64,000 nt of DNA from Candidatus Bathyarchaeota archaeon (GTDB lineage Archaea > Thermoproteota > Bathyarchaeia > Bathyarchaeales > Bathycorpusculaceae), in assembly GCA_963806535.1 (NCBI GenBank), contig CAWDYC010000004.1, positions 352,001 to 416,000 on the forward strand, read 5' to 3'. Under the pieces are notes generated by a model. The model had not been told where the DNA came from and searched no databases. It saw only the letters and a list, made by a program, of their open reading frames with translations. A program made the translations under genes and the position numbers. Positions 19,918 to 29,640 of the stretch are shown piece after piece (the stretch's first letter is position 1; each line of letters opens with the position of its first letter).

Positions 19918-20550
19918 ATGAGATTTCTAGCCATGCACTTTGGCAATGGCAAAATTGCGGGTTTGCTGTTTTCCATTGGCGTGGTTCAGGTTATTCTTTT
20001 TCAGGTCGTTTGCGAAACGGTTTATTCAGGTTACAATGTAGGAAAGCAGGCTATAAGTGACTTGGGCAATTGGGGTTTAGCTGGAAGTTTTGCGGCAGTT
20101 TTCAATATTTCAGCTGTTTTGTTTGGTCTGTTCATAGTGACAGGAGCTTATTTCGTTTGGCAAGGATTAAGAAACAGACTTTTCGTCTCTCTGTTGGCTT
20201 TGGCAGGTGTGTGTAACATAGGAGTAGGCACAATTGCGGAAGACATTTCTCCGTCCACGCATGGCCTCATTTACTTGATTATGTCTGTTTCTTGGGCAGT
20301 TGCTGCAATATTGTCATATAAGTTGGAAAAATCCCCTTTCTCAATTGTGTCCATTGGCTTAGGTTCTGTTTCGCTTGTAATGTTCATTTTCTCCTTGTTA
20401 GGAAAATATGTAAGTTCAAGTCTCATTTTTGGCTTTGGCTTAGGCGGTATCGAGCGCTTGACCATTTACCCATTGTGGCTTTGGACACTTGGTTTTGGAG
20501 CCTACATAATGGGAGCATCTAGCACTGTAGCTCCAACCAGCAAAACATAG
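19918..20550 (+). CDS. DUF998-like membrane protein
   Basis: YNVGKQAISDLG, FN, THG, GGIERL..YP pattern with about 6 TM helices. Confidence 0.75.
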   Translation: MRFLAMHFGNGKIAGLLFSIGVVQVILFQVVCETVYSGYNVGKQAISDLGNWGLAGSFAAVFNISAVLFGLFIVTGAYFVWQGLRNRLFVSLLALAGVCNIGVGTIAEDISPSTHGLIYLIMSVSWAVAAILSYKLEKSPFSIVSIGLGSVSLVMFIFSLLGKYVSSSLIFGFGLGGIERLTIYPLWLWTLGFGAYIMGASSTVAPTSKT

Positions 20551-20765
20551 AATCAACGCAAACTAGGATTACATATCGTGGTGCAGGGGGTTAGGTTTAC
20601 ATTTCACGTTTAAATCTTGCAGAGCTGAAGAAGTGACTTATGTGTCAGATCGACCCGTTGAATAGTTGTTTATTCTAATATTTGCTCGGCATCTTGCTTA
20701 ACTTTAGCCAAATTGGAAGCTTCGCAAAAAAGGCATTCCTAACGCCACCATTCTTACACATTAGT

Positions 20766-21470
20766 TTATGGGTAGTGTGGAATGTAATAGTTTGTTTTTT
20801 TGCCTATCCAGTCGCCAAGGAAGTAGCCAACGATGTAACAGGGAATCATAGTTAATAATGCAAGAGCGCCATCGCCAATGATTCCTTTCAGCCACGCACT
20901 TACGCCTGTCATGTTCAAGGCAACCGTTAAGCCACCCCATATGATGAATCCTCCTGTTAAGAGTCCGACAAGCAGATACAGCGCTTTGTTGAGTTTTAGT
21001 AACCCTTCAGCTGAGAGTATTTCTTTTTTTATGTGCGTAATCATGTAGCCGATTCCAATGAATGCAAAAATTCCGAGAGCAAGATTGTAAAACGTAGTCG
21101 CGCCGATATAGCCTATGAAGTACAAAGCTATATTGATGGCTAAGTAAATGGGTGTAACGATGGCTTCCGCTACCCAGAATTTTCGCCACCATGCAGGTTT
21201 CTTCTTAAGGTTGTTGTCCTCTGGGAACTCCGAAAGCAATCTGGAAGCAAGTTTACCCTTTTCTGTCAGTACGTATTTTTCCTCTTCGTTTTTCGATAAG
21301 AGGTCACCTAGAACCTTGAGGTGATAATTCAGAAGTCCTGTGCTGACAACTTCCAAGCTATCCAAGAGTTCGGTGTAGGTTAGGCTGCTTTTCTCGTTTA
21401 GCAGTAGTATGATTTGTCTTCTCGTTTCATCTTTTAGAATTTTATGCAGGGAAGTTAAACCTGTGTTCAT
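20766..21470 (-). CDS. Membrane-tethered ArsR-like winged-helix regulator (family I)
   Basis: ILKDETRRQII..LTYTELL..STGLLNYHLKVL..YVLTEKG followed by 4 TM helices. Confidence 0.85.
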   Translation of the reverse strand: MNTGLTSLHKILKDETRRQIILLLNEKSSLTYTELLDSLEVVSTGLLNYHLKVLGDLLSKNEEEKYVLTEKGKLASRLLSEFPEDNNLKKKPAWWRKFWVAEAIVTPIYLAINIALYFIGYIGATTFYNLALGIFAFIGIGYMITHIKKEILSAEGLLKLNKALYLLVGLLTGGFIIWGGLTVALNMTGVSAWLKGIIGDGALALLTMIPCYIVGYFLGDWIGKKTNYYIPHYP

Positions 21471-21506
21471 AAGTGGTGATTAGGGTGGTTGGCGGATTTA
21501 GGGTTT

Positions 21507-21528
21507 TTTGATAATAATAATTGTCAAA
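21507..21528. promoter_or_regulatory. Operator TTTGAT-N10-GTCAAA
   Basis: Palindrome starting 37 nt from the regulator start; matches three other copies. Confidence 0.75.
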
Positions 21529-21602
21529 CTCAATTTAGGTTTGGTGTGCACGTGTTGATGAGTGCAAGAGCCAATGGCTTTCTCTATTTGATGTAACTAG
21601 AC

Positions 21603-21620
21603 TGTTCTGTTGATGGAACA
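21603..21620. promoter_or_regulatory. Palindrome TGTTC-N8-GAACA
   Basis: Same motif at 25791 and 26276; precedes a truncated signal-peptide ORF at 21674. Confidence 0.5.
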
Positions 21621-21724
21621 AGCCGTTCTATGACCAGAGCTAATAAACATAATCCTTACAATAATTCGCGGTGATGGCGATGAAGTTCAAATACAAACTC
21701 ATCGCAGTTGCAGTTCTTTTTATG

Positions 21725-21852
21725 AGATTGTGTAAAACTCGATTCAATTTCAGAAAAATGCTTGTTTTATATTAATAATTTTGGTAACAAGAATACTGTT
21801 TATACACATAAAAGGCAACCTTTTGGACACGATTTTAGTTTTCACACAGTCT
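21725..21852. mobile_element. 128-bp MITE-like element with IS1182-type ends
   Basis: Left AGATTGTGTAAAACTC and right AGTTTTCACACAGTCT are inverted repeats matching the IS end at 19795-19811. Confidence 0.65.
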
Positions 21853-22060
21853 GAAATGGGTTCGGAACCTCTTAAATGAGCAAATAATCTTTGCAGCTTA
21901 TGAACAAGCTGTGGGAAAAAGAGCTTGTGGAAACGCATCGCTAAAAACGTGTTGGCATTGGGCACTAACAAGTTTTACTATGGACGCTTGGGGTCAAACC
22001 GAAAAAATGTAAAGGTAAGTTACAAAGCCACTCTATGCGATTGCTAGGGAAAAGGTCTAC

Positions 22061-23641
22061 TTAATGAATTGTTTGATTCCAGTAAATTATACGCTGATAT
22101 TTGCCAGCAGTCAAAAAGCTAGGGTTATTGTAAACTATGTCAAGTTTTGATCCATATTTAGCAAGTGATGTCTGGACTGCATTCCAAACCTGCTGGGAAT
22201 TATCTGGTTGCCATATACCCCATACATAATCAGTTGGGCTTCGCAAGCTTGAGCCATAGTCACTTGGCAGAACTAGCGCATCCTGTCCTTTAACATTATT
22301 GGTTACATTGGGATTCTGAACCACATTCGTCCAAAACCTTTGGATCGCGGCGAATTGTTCATCTTGTAAAAGTCCAGTAGTGTTACTTTTTGGTGCATAG
22401 TTGAAGACTATGCCATATTCAGCTCCATCCTCGTATGTTTGTTTCAGCTCATTGTATATTTTGTCGCCAGTTTGAAGGTTAAGCGGTGATTGGCTTGCTG
22501 GCTCAATCATCACTCCCCAAGTCTTGTCTTGCATATCTGCAGCACCTCTGATTAAAGCTAAAGTTTGGGCATCGGTTTGCTGACCAAATTGTTCGGCAAA
22601 GACGGTATTGTAGCCTGCAAGGTAGTCAAACCAGTATAGACCATAATCTGAGGTGAAAAGTTTAACATCGGATTGATTACCAATTGACGATAGGGTATTT
22701 TGAAGGTTGCTTACATAGAGATTAGCTATATTAGTATCATTCAGAAGCGGATTTAGGTTCCAAACTTGTTGATATGATTGAAATTGGGAAATATTCCCTT
22801 GATTTGTTATAATCTGACCGTTTTCATCTAAAACTCTTCCGTTTGGCTCATAATTATAAAACAATGTTGCACTTGCTACGTAACAAATTGTTCCATTAGG
22901 GTAATAAATGGTTTGAGAGGGTGTTACCAGTGTTTCGCTTGTTGTTTGATTAGTCCCCGTGGAATTTCCGGTCCAAATAATTCTTCCCAAATTCATTAAA
23001 GGATATGATGTTACCGTTACTATTCCAGACGGTATATAGAAGTTGTATTGATTTGAAGTTGAATTCACTCCTGACCCTGATAATTCAGTAAATGAGATGC
23101 TATTCGTATTTCTTGCAATGATAAGGTTTGGATCAACAAATGATGAGACGCTATCAATATTTCTCTCGATGGTAATATTTTTTGTGTTATTACCGTTTAA
23201 ACCGAATGAAATAGAGTCAAACAAGTGCCCTGCTGGTTCATCGTTGAAATATACTCCAAGATAATGGCTGCCCCAACGTGACTGGGCTTCATTAAGAAAT
23301 GAATTTAAATTGTCTCCCAAGCAGTGGTCAGTATAACACAAAATTATGTTCAATCCTGAGTTAACGGCATAATTGCATATTTGCTCTGTCGCAGTAAAAT
23401 TAAGCATTAATGGCCCTGACTGTAAAACAAACAGGTTAGTGTAATTCTTAACCCTGTCAATTTGTTGTTGGGCTTCAATAACTGAACTTCCACAGTAAGT
23501 AACGCCTACATAGAACGGCTTTTTGCTTGCCATAGAAGTAGATGGTGATTTGCTGGCTTCCATAGCGCCAAATGATGACACAACAATAATGGCTATTATA
23601 GCAATGGACGCGATTAATACTAAGCGTCTCTTGTTAGCCAT
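22061..23641 (-). CDS. Secreted/membrane-anchored glycoside-hydrolase-like (TIM-barrel) protein
   Basis: N-terminal TM; FYVGVTYC, VKNYTNLFVLQSG, GVYFNDEPAG, TSDYGLYWFDY; N/S/T-rich insert. Confidence 0.65.
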   Translation of the reverse strand: MANKRRLVLIASIAIIAIIVVSSFGAMEASKSPSTSMASKKPFYVGVTYCGSSVIEAQQQIDRVKNYTNLFVLQSGPLMLNFTATEQICNYAVNSGLNIILCYTDHCLGDNLNSFLNEAQSRWGSHYLGVYFNDEPAGHLFDSISFGLNGNNTKNITIERNIDSVSSFVDPNLIIARNTNSISFTELSGSGVNSTSNQYNFYIPSGIVTVTSYPLMNLGRIIWTGNSTGTNQTTSETLVTPSQTIYYPNGTICYVASATLFYNYEPNGRVLDENGQIITNQGNISQFQSYQQVWNLNPLLNDTNIANLYVSNLQNTLSSIGNQSDVKLFTSDYGLYWFDYLAGYNTVFAEQFGQQTDAQTLALIRGAADMQDKTWGVMIEPASQSPLNLQTGDKIYNELKQTYEDGAEYGIVFNYAPKSNTTGLLQDEQFAAIQRFWTNVVQNPNVTNNVKGQDALVLPSDYGSSLRSPTDYVWGIWQPDNSQQVWNAVQTSLAKYGSKLDIVYNNPSFLTAGKYQRIIYWNQTIH

Positions 23642-24228
23642 TAAGGCATTTCTAACTTGCAATAGCAAACCTCTTCTCTTCCATTGAAGTTAGCCATTAC
23701 AACACTGTATTTATTTCTATACATTAGAACATGCCAGAAAATCTTTCGCATCTTTTAGCACAAGATACAGCATATACGCATGGTTACGAAACGATTCATA
23801 GACTGACCTTTAGGCAAAATTTCTCGACTGATAGACAGGGTATACATCTGTTCGGAAAAAGGATATTTACCCATGTTAACGGTTCTTTCGATGATAACAG
23901 CTTTAAGGTCATTCTATTAGAGCAAGCAGTAGTTTTTTGAGGGTGATGCTATATCTAATGCGCTCGATATTTAGGCGAGCAATCGCTCAAGATACTTCTC
24001 TTGTAGCCCATTTGCGGATTAGCGTGGCTGTCACTGGACACCAACAAGTTTTGTTTTAGAACCTTGGGGAGCAACAGAAAAAGAAAAGCAAATCTGATCT
24101 TTTTGAGAAGAAATAGACCTCTTAGACAGTTTGCACTCTGCCCCAGTTGACTTTCTCATCGAGAGAATGATAAGGGAAGAGAAATATGAAAAGCTCTTCA
24201 AAAAATGTGCGAAGGTAATAACGATTCA

Positions 24229-24693
24229 TCAAGTGAACCAAAAGCTAAAGTCAACATTTGTTTCCACAATCTTGGCGGGTTGAGGATAACCCCATTGAAC
24301 CATATTAACGTAAACAAGATAATAGGTTGCACCTGGAGCAAGCGTCACATTAATATAGCCAGCACTTTGCTGTCCGCTGTCATAATTGGTAGGCAAGCCA
24401 AATCCGCTCACAAAGTTAGTTGAATTTGCAACAATAACTCTTATTGTGCCTTCACCGATGACAGAGAAATTGCCTGATACGTTTATGTCAAAAGCGCCCG
24501 AGGGAATCGTAAATGGGATAAAATATTCATTGCTAACGGTGATATTCCCATTTATCAACGTGTACCCACCTGGAGCCGGAGTAGACATAGGCTTAGGAAG
24601 AGAATTCTTACTCCAAATGCAGATGCCCGTTGCAATCGATAACGCCAGAACGACTAAAAGAGCCACAATAATAATTCTTTTCATCGAAATCAC
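24229..24693 (-). CDS. Secreted beta-sandwich (GOLD-like) protein
   Basis: N-terminal TM; VSGNFSV.G..IRVIV, YDSGQ..G.INVTL, TYYLVY. Confidence 0.65.
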   Translation of the reverse strand: MISMKRIIIVALLVVLALSIATGICIWSKNSLPKPMSTPAPGGYTLINGNITVSNEYFIPFTIPSGAFDINVSGNFSVIGEGTIRVIVANSTNFVSGFGLPTNYDSGQQSAGYINVTLAPGATYYLVYVNMVQWGYPQPAKIVETNVDFSFWFT

Positions 24694-24815
24694 TCACTTC
24701 TGACCTCTAATCTAATATACCATTTCCATCTTTAGGGTACCACCAAGCTGAATATACCACGGAAAATGTTTACTTAACACTAAATTACTGAGCATTGTTT
24801 TACCAACCCATCAAC

Positions 24816-25715
24816 CTATCTTGCTTTTATTGGTTTTTTCAGTTTAAAAAATGAAGGTAAACTTGATGTTTTAGTATTCAATCTCCTTTGAAGCCGTAAT
24901 ACAATCACTGCGGAAATAACAATGACTGCAACTAGCACTCCGATTACAACTAACTGAGTGTTGTAAGACGAGGATAAGCTTGAAAGCGAGTTCGTAGCTC
25001 GTGAGCTTGAACTTGTTGATTGACTTGCCGGCACTGGTGCCCATGCGTATTGAATGCTGACATTCGAATTCGCTTCGTTAATAATCACTCCTGTTCCGTA
25101 GGGGATTATTGAGTTATCTCCAGCGCTATAGGGGAGTAGTCCGTTGCCGTTACCCCACACTGTTTCTTTGCCATCAATGTAAACGTGAACAGTTATTGGC
25201 CAAGATGAGATTGATCCATATGCAAAATCACTTTGAAAAGGCGTTGTCCAATTTGCAAGATTAAATTTCATATTGACTATCTGTTTTCCTATTCCGGTAA
25301 CGCTGTAGTTAAGCCAACCTGAAGTTAGCCATGAACCGGTATTGTTTATGTCGCCTGCGTTAGGAGTTAAGAGGCGCTCAAAACTAGTTATTGTTAAATT
25401 GGTATTACTGGTTATGTTTAGATTTGCAGTGTTAGGGCTGTCTGCAAGCAATCCTTCGTTTGGCTGGTTTAAGTGTAGATTTTCGAAAACCCATGTGTCA
25501 TTAAACAAAATCGCATTCAAGTAGTAGCCGTTTTGTGCAAAGTTGATTGTACTATTGGTTAAAGGTATTTGGAATTGGGTTGAAGTTGTAAATGCTAATG
25601 GAGTTGAAATTGCGTTAAATGAGTTGGAATTATCTCCCTTTGCAGAAAATGAATATGCTGAGACGAACGCAATTGCACATAATATTATTAACGCTAATGA
25701 GGTTTTACAGTTCAT
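24816..25715 (-). CDS. Secreted protein with a C-terminal TM anchor
   Basis: Signal peptide, many NxS/T sequons, Ser-rich linker, TM and basic tail. Confidence 0.75.
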   Translation of the reverse strand: MNCKTSLALIILCAIAFVSAYSFSAKGDNSNSFNAISTPLAFTTSTQFQIPLTNSTINFAQNGYYLNAILFNDTWVFENLHLNQPNEGLLADSPNTANLNITSNTNLTITSFERLLTPNAGDINNTGSWLTSGWLNYSVTGIGKQIVNMKFNLANWTTPFQSDFAYGSISSWPITVHVYIDGKETVWGNGNGLLPYSAGDNSIIPYGTGVIINEANSNVSIQYAWAPVPASQSTSSSSRATNSLSSLSSSYNTQLVVIGVLVAVIVISAVIVLRLQRRLNTKTSSLPSFFKLKKPIKAR

Positions 25716-25790
25716 TTACTTGTAACTCCTTAGTTTTTGAGGAATAAATCAAGGGATTGGCTGTACTTAATGTGATGCATTAGCACATTA

Positions 25791-25808
25791 TGTTCTTAAA
25801 TTAGAACA
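25791..25808. promoter_or_regulatory. Palindrome TGTTC-N8-GAACA
   Basis: TGTTCTTAAATTAGAACA upstream of 24816-25715. Confidence 0.55.
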
Positions 25809-25856
25809 CGCATTTTAAGCAAGAAAGTAATTTGTTGGCGAGCAAAAAAGTTTGCC

Positions 25857-26201
25857 TCAATCTTCTTGATTGTTTAGTTCCTTCTTGAGTTCTTTTTCGG
25901 AAAACAATACTCTCACTGCAATTACGCCAACTAATAGAGCCAGTACGAAAAACAAAATTGCAGGAAGAATAAAATTAGTTGGTACTGTCGTTGGTACGGC
26001 TGTAGGCGATGCAGCTGTTGAAGGCACTGGTGCCGTAGGTCCCGGAATATTTGTTGGCATCGAAGTAGGCTGAGGTGAAGATTGACCTTGAGACGCGACT
26101 TGAGATGAAAGAGGCAAATAACTAACTGCTTCTGCCATCAAAAAGGCTAATGCGACTGCAAGAATCAGACCCATCAACATTTTCTTGTTTGGCAATCTCA
26201 T
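25857..26201 (-). CDS. Small two-TM protein with a Pro/Thr/Ser-rich external loop
   Basis: TM, PTSMPTNIPGPTAPVP linker, TM; divergent from a regulator. Confidence 0.7.
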   Translation of the reverse strand: MRLPNKKMLMGLILAVALAFLMAEAVSYLPLSSQVASQGQSSPQPTSMPTNIPGPTAPVPSTAASPTAVPTTVPTNFILPAILFFVLALLVGVIAVRVLFSEKELKKELNNQED

Positions 26202-26275
26202 TAATCACAAACCTTATTGTGCACTTCAACATGAAAACATGCGGTGTGTTATTTAATTCTATATTTTCATCAAGC

Positions 26276-26293
26276 CGTTCTAATTTTCGAACA
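26276..26293. promoter_or_regulatory. Palindrome CGTTC-N8-GAACA between divergent genes
   Basis: CGTTCTAATTTTCGAACA about 50 nt upstream of the regulator at 26342. Confidence 0.55.
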
Positions 26294-26341
26294 GTAGCTG
26301 CGTAAAACTTTTGAGGATATGTCTTAAATCAGTGATGTACC

Positions 26342-26785
26342 TTGTTTGGGAATGTGAAGAGCTTGGTTGACGATGAATCAAAAGAAGTGCTGAGAGGAAC
26401 CACCCTTGAAGTTTACCGATTCCTGCTAAAAAGCAACAAGCCAGTTGGAACACGAGAACTCCAAAGAGCACTCAATTTAAGCAGCTCTTCAGTAGCCACT
26501 TATCACCTTTCCAAACTGGAAGATGCAGGTCTTCTAAAAAGAGAGGCGGGAGGCTTTACAGTTAATAAATTCCTTTTGGAAAACAGTGTTAAAATCAATC
26601 GCTTCCTAGTTCCAAGATACTTCTTTTACGCAGTTTTTGCAATTGCAGTTCTCATAATAGAATTGACAATTCTCAGGCCTACCTTATTATATCGTGAATA
26701 TGTATTTTCGACAATTGCTACTGCGATTCTCGCTTTATTCTTTTGTTATGAAACTGTTAAGACGTGGCTTAGAGGTAATTTGTAA
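26342..26785 (+). CDS. Membrane-tethered winged-helix regulator (family II)
   Basis: LRGTTLEVYRFLL..VGTRELQRALNLSSSSVATYHLSKLEDAGLL, then VPRYFFY and 2 TM helices. Confidence 0.85.
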   Translation: MFGNVKSLVDDESKEVLRGTTLEVYRFLLKSNKPVGTRELQRALNLSSSSVATYHLSKLEDAGLLKREAGGFTVNKFLLENSVKINRFLVPRYFFYAVFAIAVLIIELTILRPTLLYREYVFSTIATAILALFFCYETVKTWLRGNL

Positions 26786-26979
26786 ACTCTATTTTTCTGA
26801 TTAACCGTAAGCAATCATCTCAAATGCATTCAGATAGTTTTTTAAGATAGTTGGTATATCTTCTGCGCAGAAATTTAGGCTGGGAGCACTAGCTCCAAGC
26901 TATTCTGAGTTCACCCTTCATCAAAAGTTGGATTGATCCACTTTCCAGCATGAAACATAAACAAGCGCTTTTTTGTAGT

Positions 26980-27657
26980 TTAAACTCTCAGCATTGGAAT
27001 AACATAGTTTCTTTTTTTGCCTATCAAGTCCCCTACCCATCCGCCCAAAATCCAGCAAATAATCAAAGTTGCAGCCGCAACAAAGTCGTCACCCAAATTG
27101 CCGGTTGCACCTTGGATTTGCCAGCGAAGCCCGCTATGAAGTATCAGCAGGGTTATTATCCCCCAGAAGACAAAACCAAGGCAGAAAGCTCCAACTGCAA
27201 TAAAGAAAACCCTATTCCCAGACCGTGAAGGTCTAACTCTAATGTAGAAGGCAAAGCCAAAAGTCAGTATTGATACAATAACGACAAGAACTGTCCTCTC
27301 TAGTGGTATATTCAATGCAAAGCCAGTTACTAGAGTTAATATGACTGAAGCTACCCCAAAGAATAGCATCATTTTGAGAACTCTTCTATCTGTTACTTGA
27401 GTCTGTGTGGTTGGGAACTCTGTTAATATCCTATAAGCGAGTTGGCCTTTTTCATTGAGTACGTACTTTTCTGTCTCGTCCTTTTCCAAAAGGTCGCCTA
27501 AAACCTTCAAATGATAATTCATTGTTCCAGTGCTTACAATACCCAAGCTTTGCATCAGTTCAGTATATGACAAATTACCTTTGTCATTCAGCTTTAGGAT
27601 AATTTTTCGTCTGGTTTCATCCTTGAGAATTTTGTGCAGTGAGTCTATAGCTGACAT
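26980..27657 (-). CDS. Membrane-tethered ArsR-like winged-helix regulator (family I)
   Basis: SLHKILKDETRRKII..STGTMNYHLKVLGDLL plus 4 TM; paralog of 20766. Confidence 0.85.
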   Translation of the reverse strand: MSAIDSLHKILKDETRRKIILKLNDKGNLSYTELMQSLGIVSTGTMNYHLKVLGDLLEKDETEKYVLNEKGQLAYRILTEFPTTQTQVTDRRVLKMMLFFGVASVILTLVTGFALNIPLERTVLVVIVSILTFGFAFYIRVRPSRSGNRVFFIAVGAFCLGFVFWGIITLLILHSGLRWQIQGATGNLGDDFVAAATLIICWILGGWVGDLIGKKRNYVIPMLRV

Positions 27658-27692
27658 GTGTATCGATAAAGAGTCAATCGCTTTTTAGGTTT

Positions 27693-27714
27693 TTTGACGA
27701 TAAATCTGGTCAAA
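27693..27714. promoter_or_regulatory. Operator TTTGAC-N10-GTCAAA
   Basis: Perfect arms, 36 nt from the regulator start. Confidence 0.8.
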
Positions 27715-27732
27715 CCTTAAAAAGGGAAGAAA

Positions 27733-28599
27733 TTAGTTTTTTGAGTAGTCAACCAATGTCTTTTCCGTGTAAAGTGTTGATGCGCTGCCTATTCCAGGCG
27801 AGTTTGTTGTTGTCAATTGTGTTAGGTCGGCTTTGATTAAGCGGCAGGTTCCTTGCTCGATATACGATGTTCCGTTTAGTTGCAGGGTCATGCCGCCTGG
27901 GATTTTTATGATTGAGCTGCCATCTGAGTGAAGACTTAGAGTATTGCTTGCTACTTCGATGCGCATGGTTTTGAATGTACCTGCGGGAACAGTCAAATCT
28001 TGTAACGCTGCAAATGTTAACGTGACTTCGCCTGTTAATCCAAAGCTTGCGTTACCTGTGTTGACTGGTATTTTCCATACATCGCCAACCTTAACTGATG
28101 GTTGAGCTAAATATGCTGAAATGGTTGGGTTGCTACTTGCATTATAGAAAATAAGCGGTCCACCAGGCGCCACGAAATTATCGTAATAGCTTGCCTTGCT
28201 AAAGTTTAATGTGAGCGTTGGTAAATTCCTGAATTGTGATGAAGTTATCGTTTCATTTATCGTATAGTTCGCGCTGTTTGAGCCAATGACATCTATGGTT
28301 CCTGTTGAATTGAAGCTTTGACTATTTGTCTCTCCACTCAAGGCAAGGGATGTGTTGACTATTTGGTTTGTCACAATATTTGTGGTGTCATAGACCATGT
28401 GTTCGCCTATCTTGTAGCTTAGGCTAAGTTCCAGCGGAAAGCCTGCACCTTGAGGAATAAACAGCGCTGCCAGAACAATCAAAACTACTGCCAACCCTGC
28501 GATTGATGCATACAATTTCCGGTCATGCTTTTTGCCATTAACTTGTGGTTCACTTGATTTATAGTTGGGTGAATTGGAATTTTCTTGTCTAATCATCAA
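27733..28599 (-). CDS. Membrane-anchored extracellular beta-rich protein (paralog of 29641-30567)
   Basis: K.YASI-TM-IPQGA, Y.IGEHMVY, VKVGD, QDLTVPAGTF. Confidence 0.8.
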   Translation of the reverse strand: MMIRQENSNSPNYKSSEPQVNGKKHDRKLYASIAGLAVVLIVLAALFIPQGAGFPLELSLSYKIGEHMVYDTTNIVTNQIVNTSLALSGETNSQSFNSTGTIDVIGSNSANYTINETITSSQFRNLPTLTLNFSKASYYDNFVAPGGPLIFYNASSNPTISAYLAQPSVKVGDVWKIPVNTGNASFGLTGEVTLTFAALQDLTVPAGTFKTMRIEVASNTLSLHSDGSSIIKIPGGMTLQLNGTSYIEQGTCRLIKADLTQLTTTNSPGIGSASTLYTEKTLVDYSKN

Positions 28600-28643
28600 G
28601 ACATCTCTATGAGGTTAGTTGAATGCTTGAAGATTTAAGGTCT

Positions 28644-28665
28644 TTTGACTAAAAATTTCGTCATT
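28644..28665. promoter_or_regulatory. Operator TTTGAC-N10-GTCATT
   Basis: 45 nt from the start of 27733-28599, directly upstream of a CTTAAA TATA-like box on the minus strand. Confidence 0.7.
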
Positions 28666-28804
28666 AATAAAAGCGTAATTCTATCTTCTGGCTCTCCCCC
28701 GTAACTCTTCCTAAAAAAACCAAATTACCTATTGTTTTACGTTGAGATAAAGGAAAAAACGTTGACCTGACAATTAGATAGTTAAGACACTTTTTCGGAG
28801 TTTT

Positions 28805-29539
28805 TTAAACAGTGCTTAATCGCTTGATCAATTCTATTTTTTGGAAGCCTCTTCTTTTGCCAAGCAAATATCCAGAAATTCCGCCAGTTAAGGGTGCTAC
28901 CACGAAAGCTATAACTAAAAACCAGGAGCCCCAAATGCCAGTCAAAAGAGAGGACTTATTTAAGAACTTAGCCAGACCCACAATTAGTAAACCGCCACCG
29001 AAGAATGTGATCATACCGCCTGCCCAGGCTCCAATCATAGTGTACGTAGTTCTCATAAGCAATCGCTCTTTATCTGAACCGTGTGGAAGTCGTATTCCTT
29101 GTGCTCTATTAGCAAAATAAGTTAAAGTCATTCCTACAGCTACTGTAATTAACCCTTGAAATAACGCTAAAAAATTCATGAATCTCAAAAAATAAAGACA
29201 TAAGATGCTGATGAGAATAACTACTTGACCGAAACCAGCAGTTATCCAGAATTGGCGATATTTTGAATGTGAATTATCTACGTCTGGGAACTCTGATAAT
29301 AGTCGCCACGCCAATTTTCCTTTTTCTGTTAAAACGTATTCCCCATTCTCTTTTTTTGCAATCAGGTCGTGCATAATTTTTAAGTGATAATTCAATCTTC
29401 CTGTACTGTCAATTTTTAGTATATTCATCAAATCAGTATAGCTTAAACTGTCGTTTTCACTTAGCGCTATTATAATTTTTTTCCGCATTTGATCTTTCAA
29501 AGCTTTGTACAACGAGGTGAATCCGAGTTCAGATGCCAT
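28805..29539 (-). CDS. Membrane-tethered ArsR-like winged-helix regulator (family I)
   Basis: SLYKALKDQMRKKII..STGRLNYHLKIM..YVLTEKG plus 4 TM. Confidence 0.85.
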   Translation of the reverse strand: MASELGFTSLYKALKDQMRKKIIIALSENDSLSYTDLMNILKIDSTGRLNYHLKIMHDLIAKKENGEYVLTEKGKLAWRLLSEFPDVDNSHSKYRQFWITAGFGQVVILISILCLYFLRFMNFLALFQGLITVAVGMTLTYFANRAQGIRLPHGSDKERLLMRTTYTMIGAWAGGMITFFGGGLLIVGLAKFLNKSSLLTGIWGSWFLVIAFVVAPLTGGISGYLLGKRRGFQKIELIKRLSTV

Positions 29540-29573
29540 GCTAAATGAGCTAGCTTACTTTAATTTGAGGCTT

Positions 29574-29595
29574 TTTGACAAAATATTTAGTCAAA
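29574..29595. promoter_or_regulatory. Operator TTTGAC-N10-GTCAAA shared by a divergent pair
   Basis: 35 nt from the regulator start and about 45 nt from the start at 29641. Confidence 0.8.
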
Positions 29596-29640
29596 ACGGC
29601 TTAAAAGCTTAAACAGCCACGTTGGCTTGGAGGACAAAAC

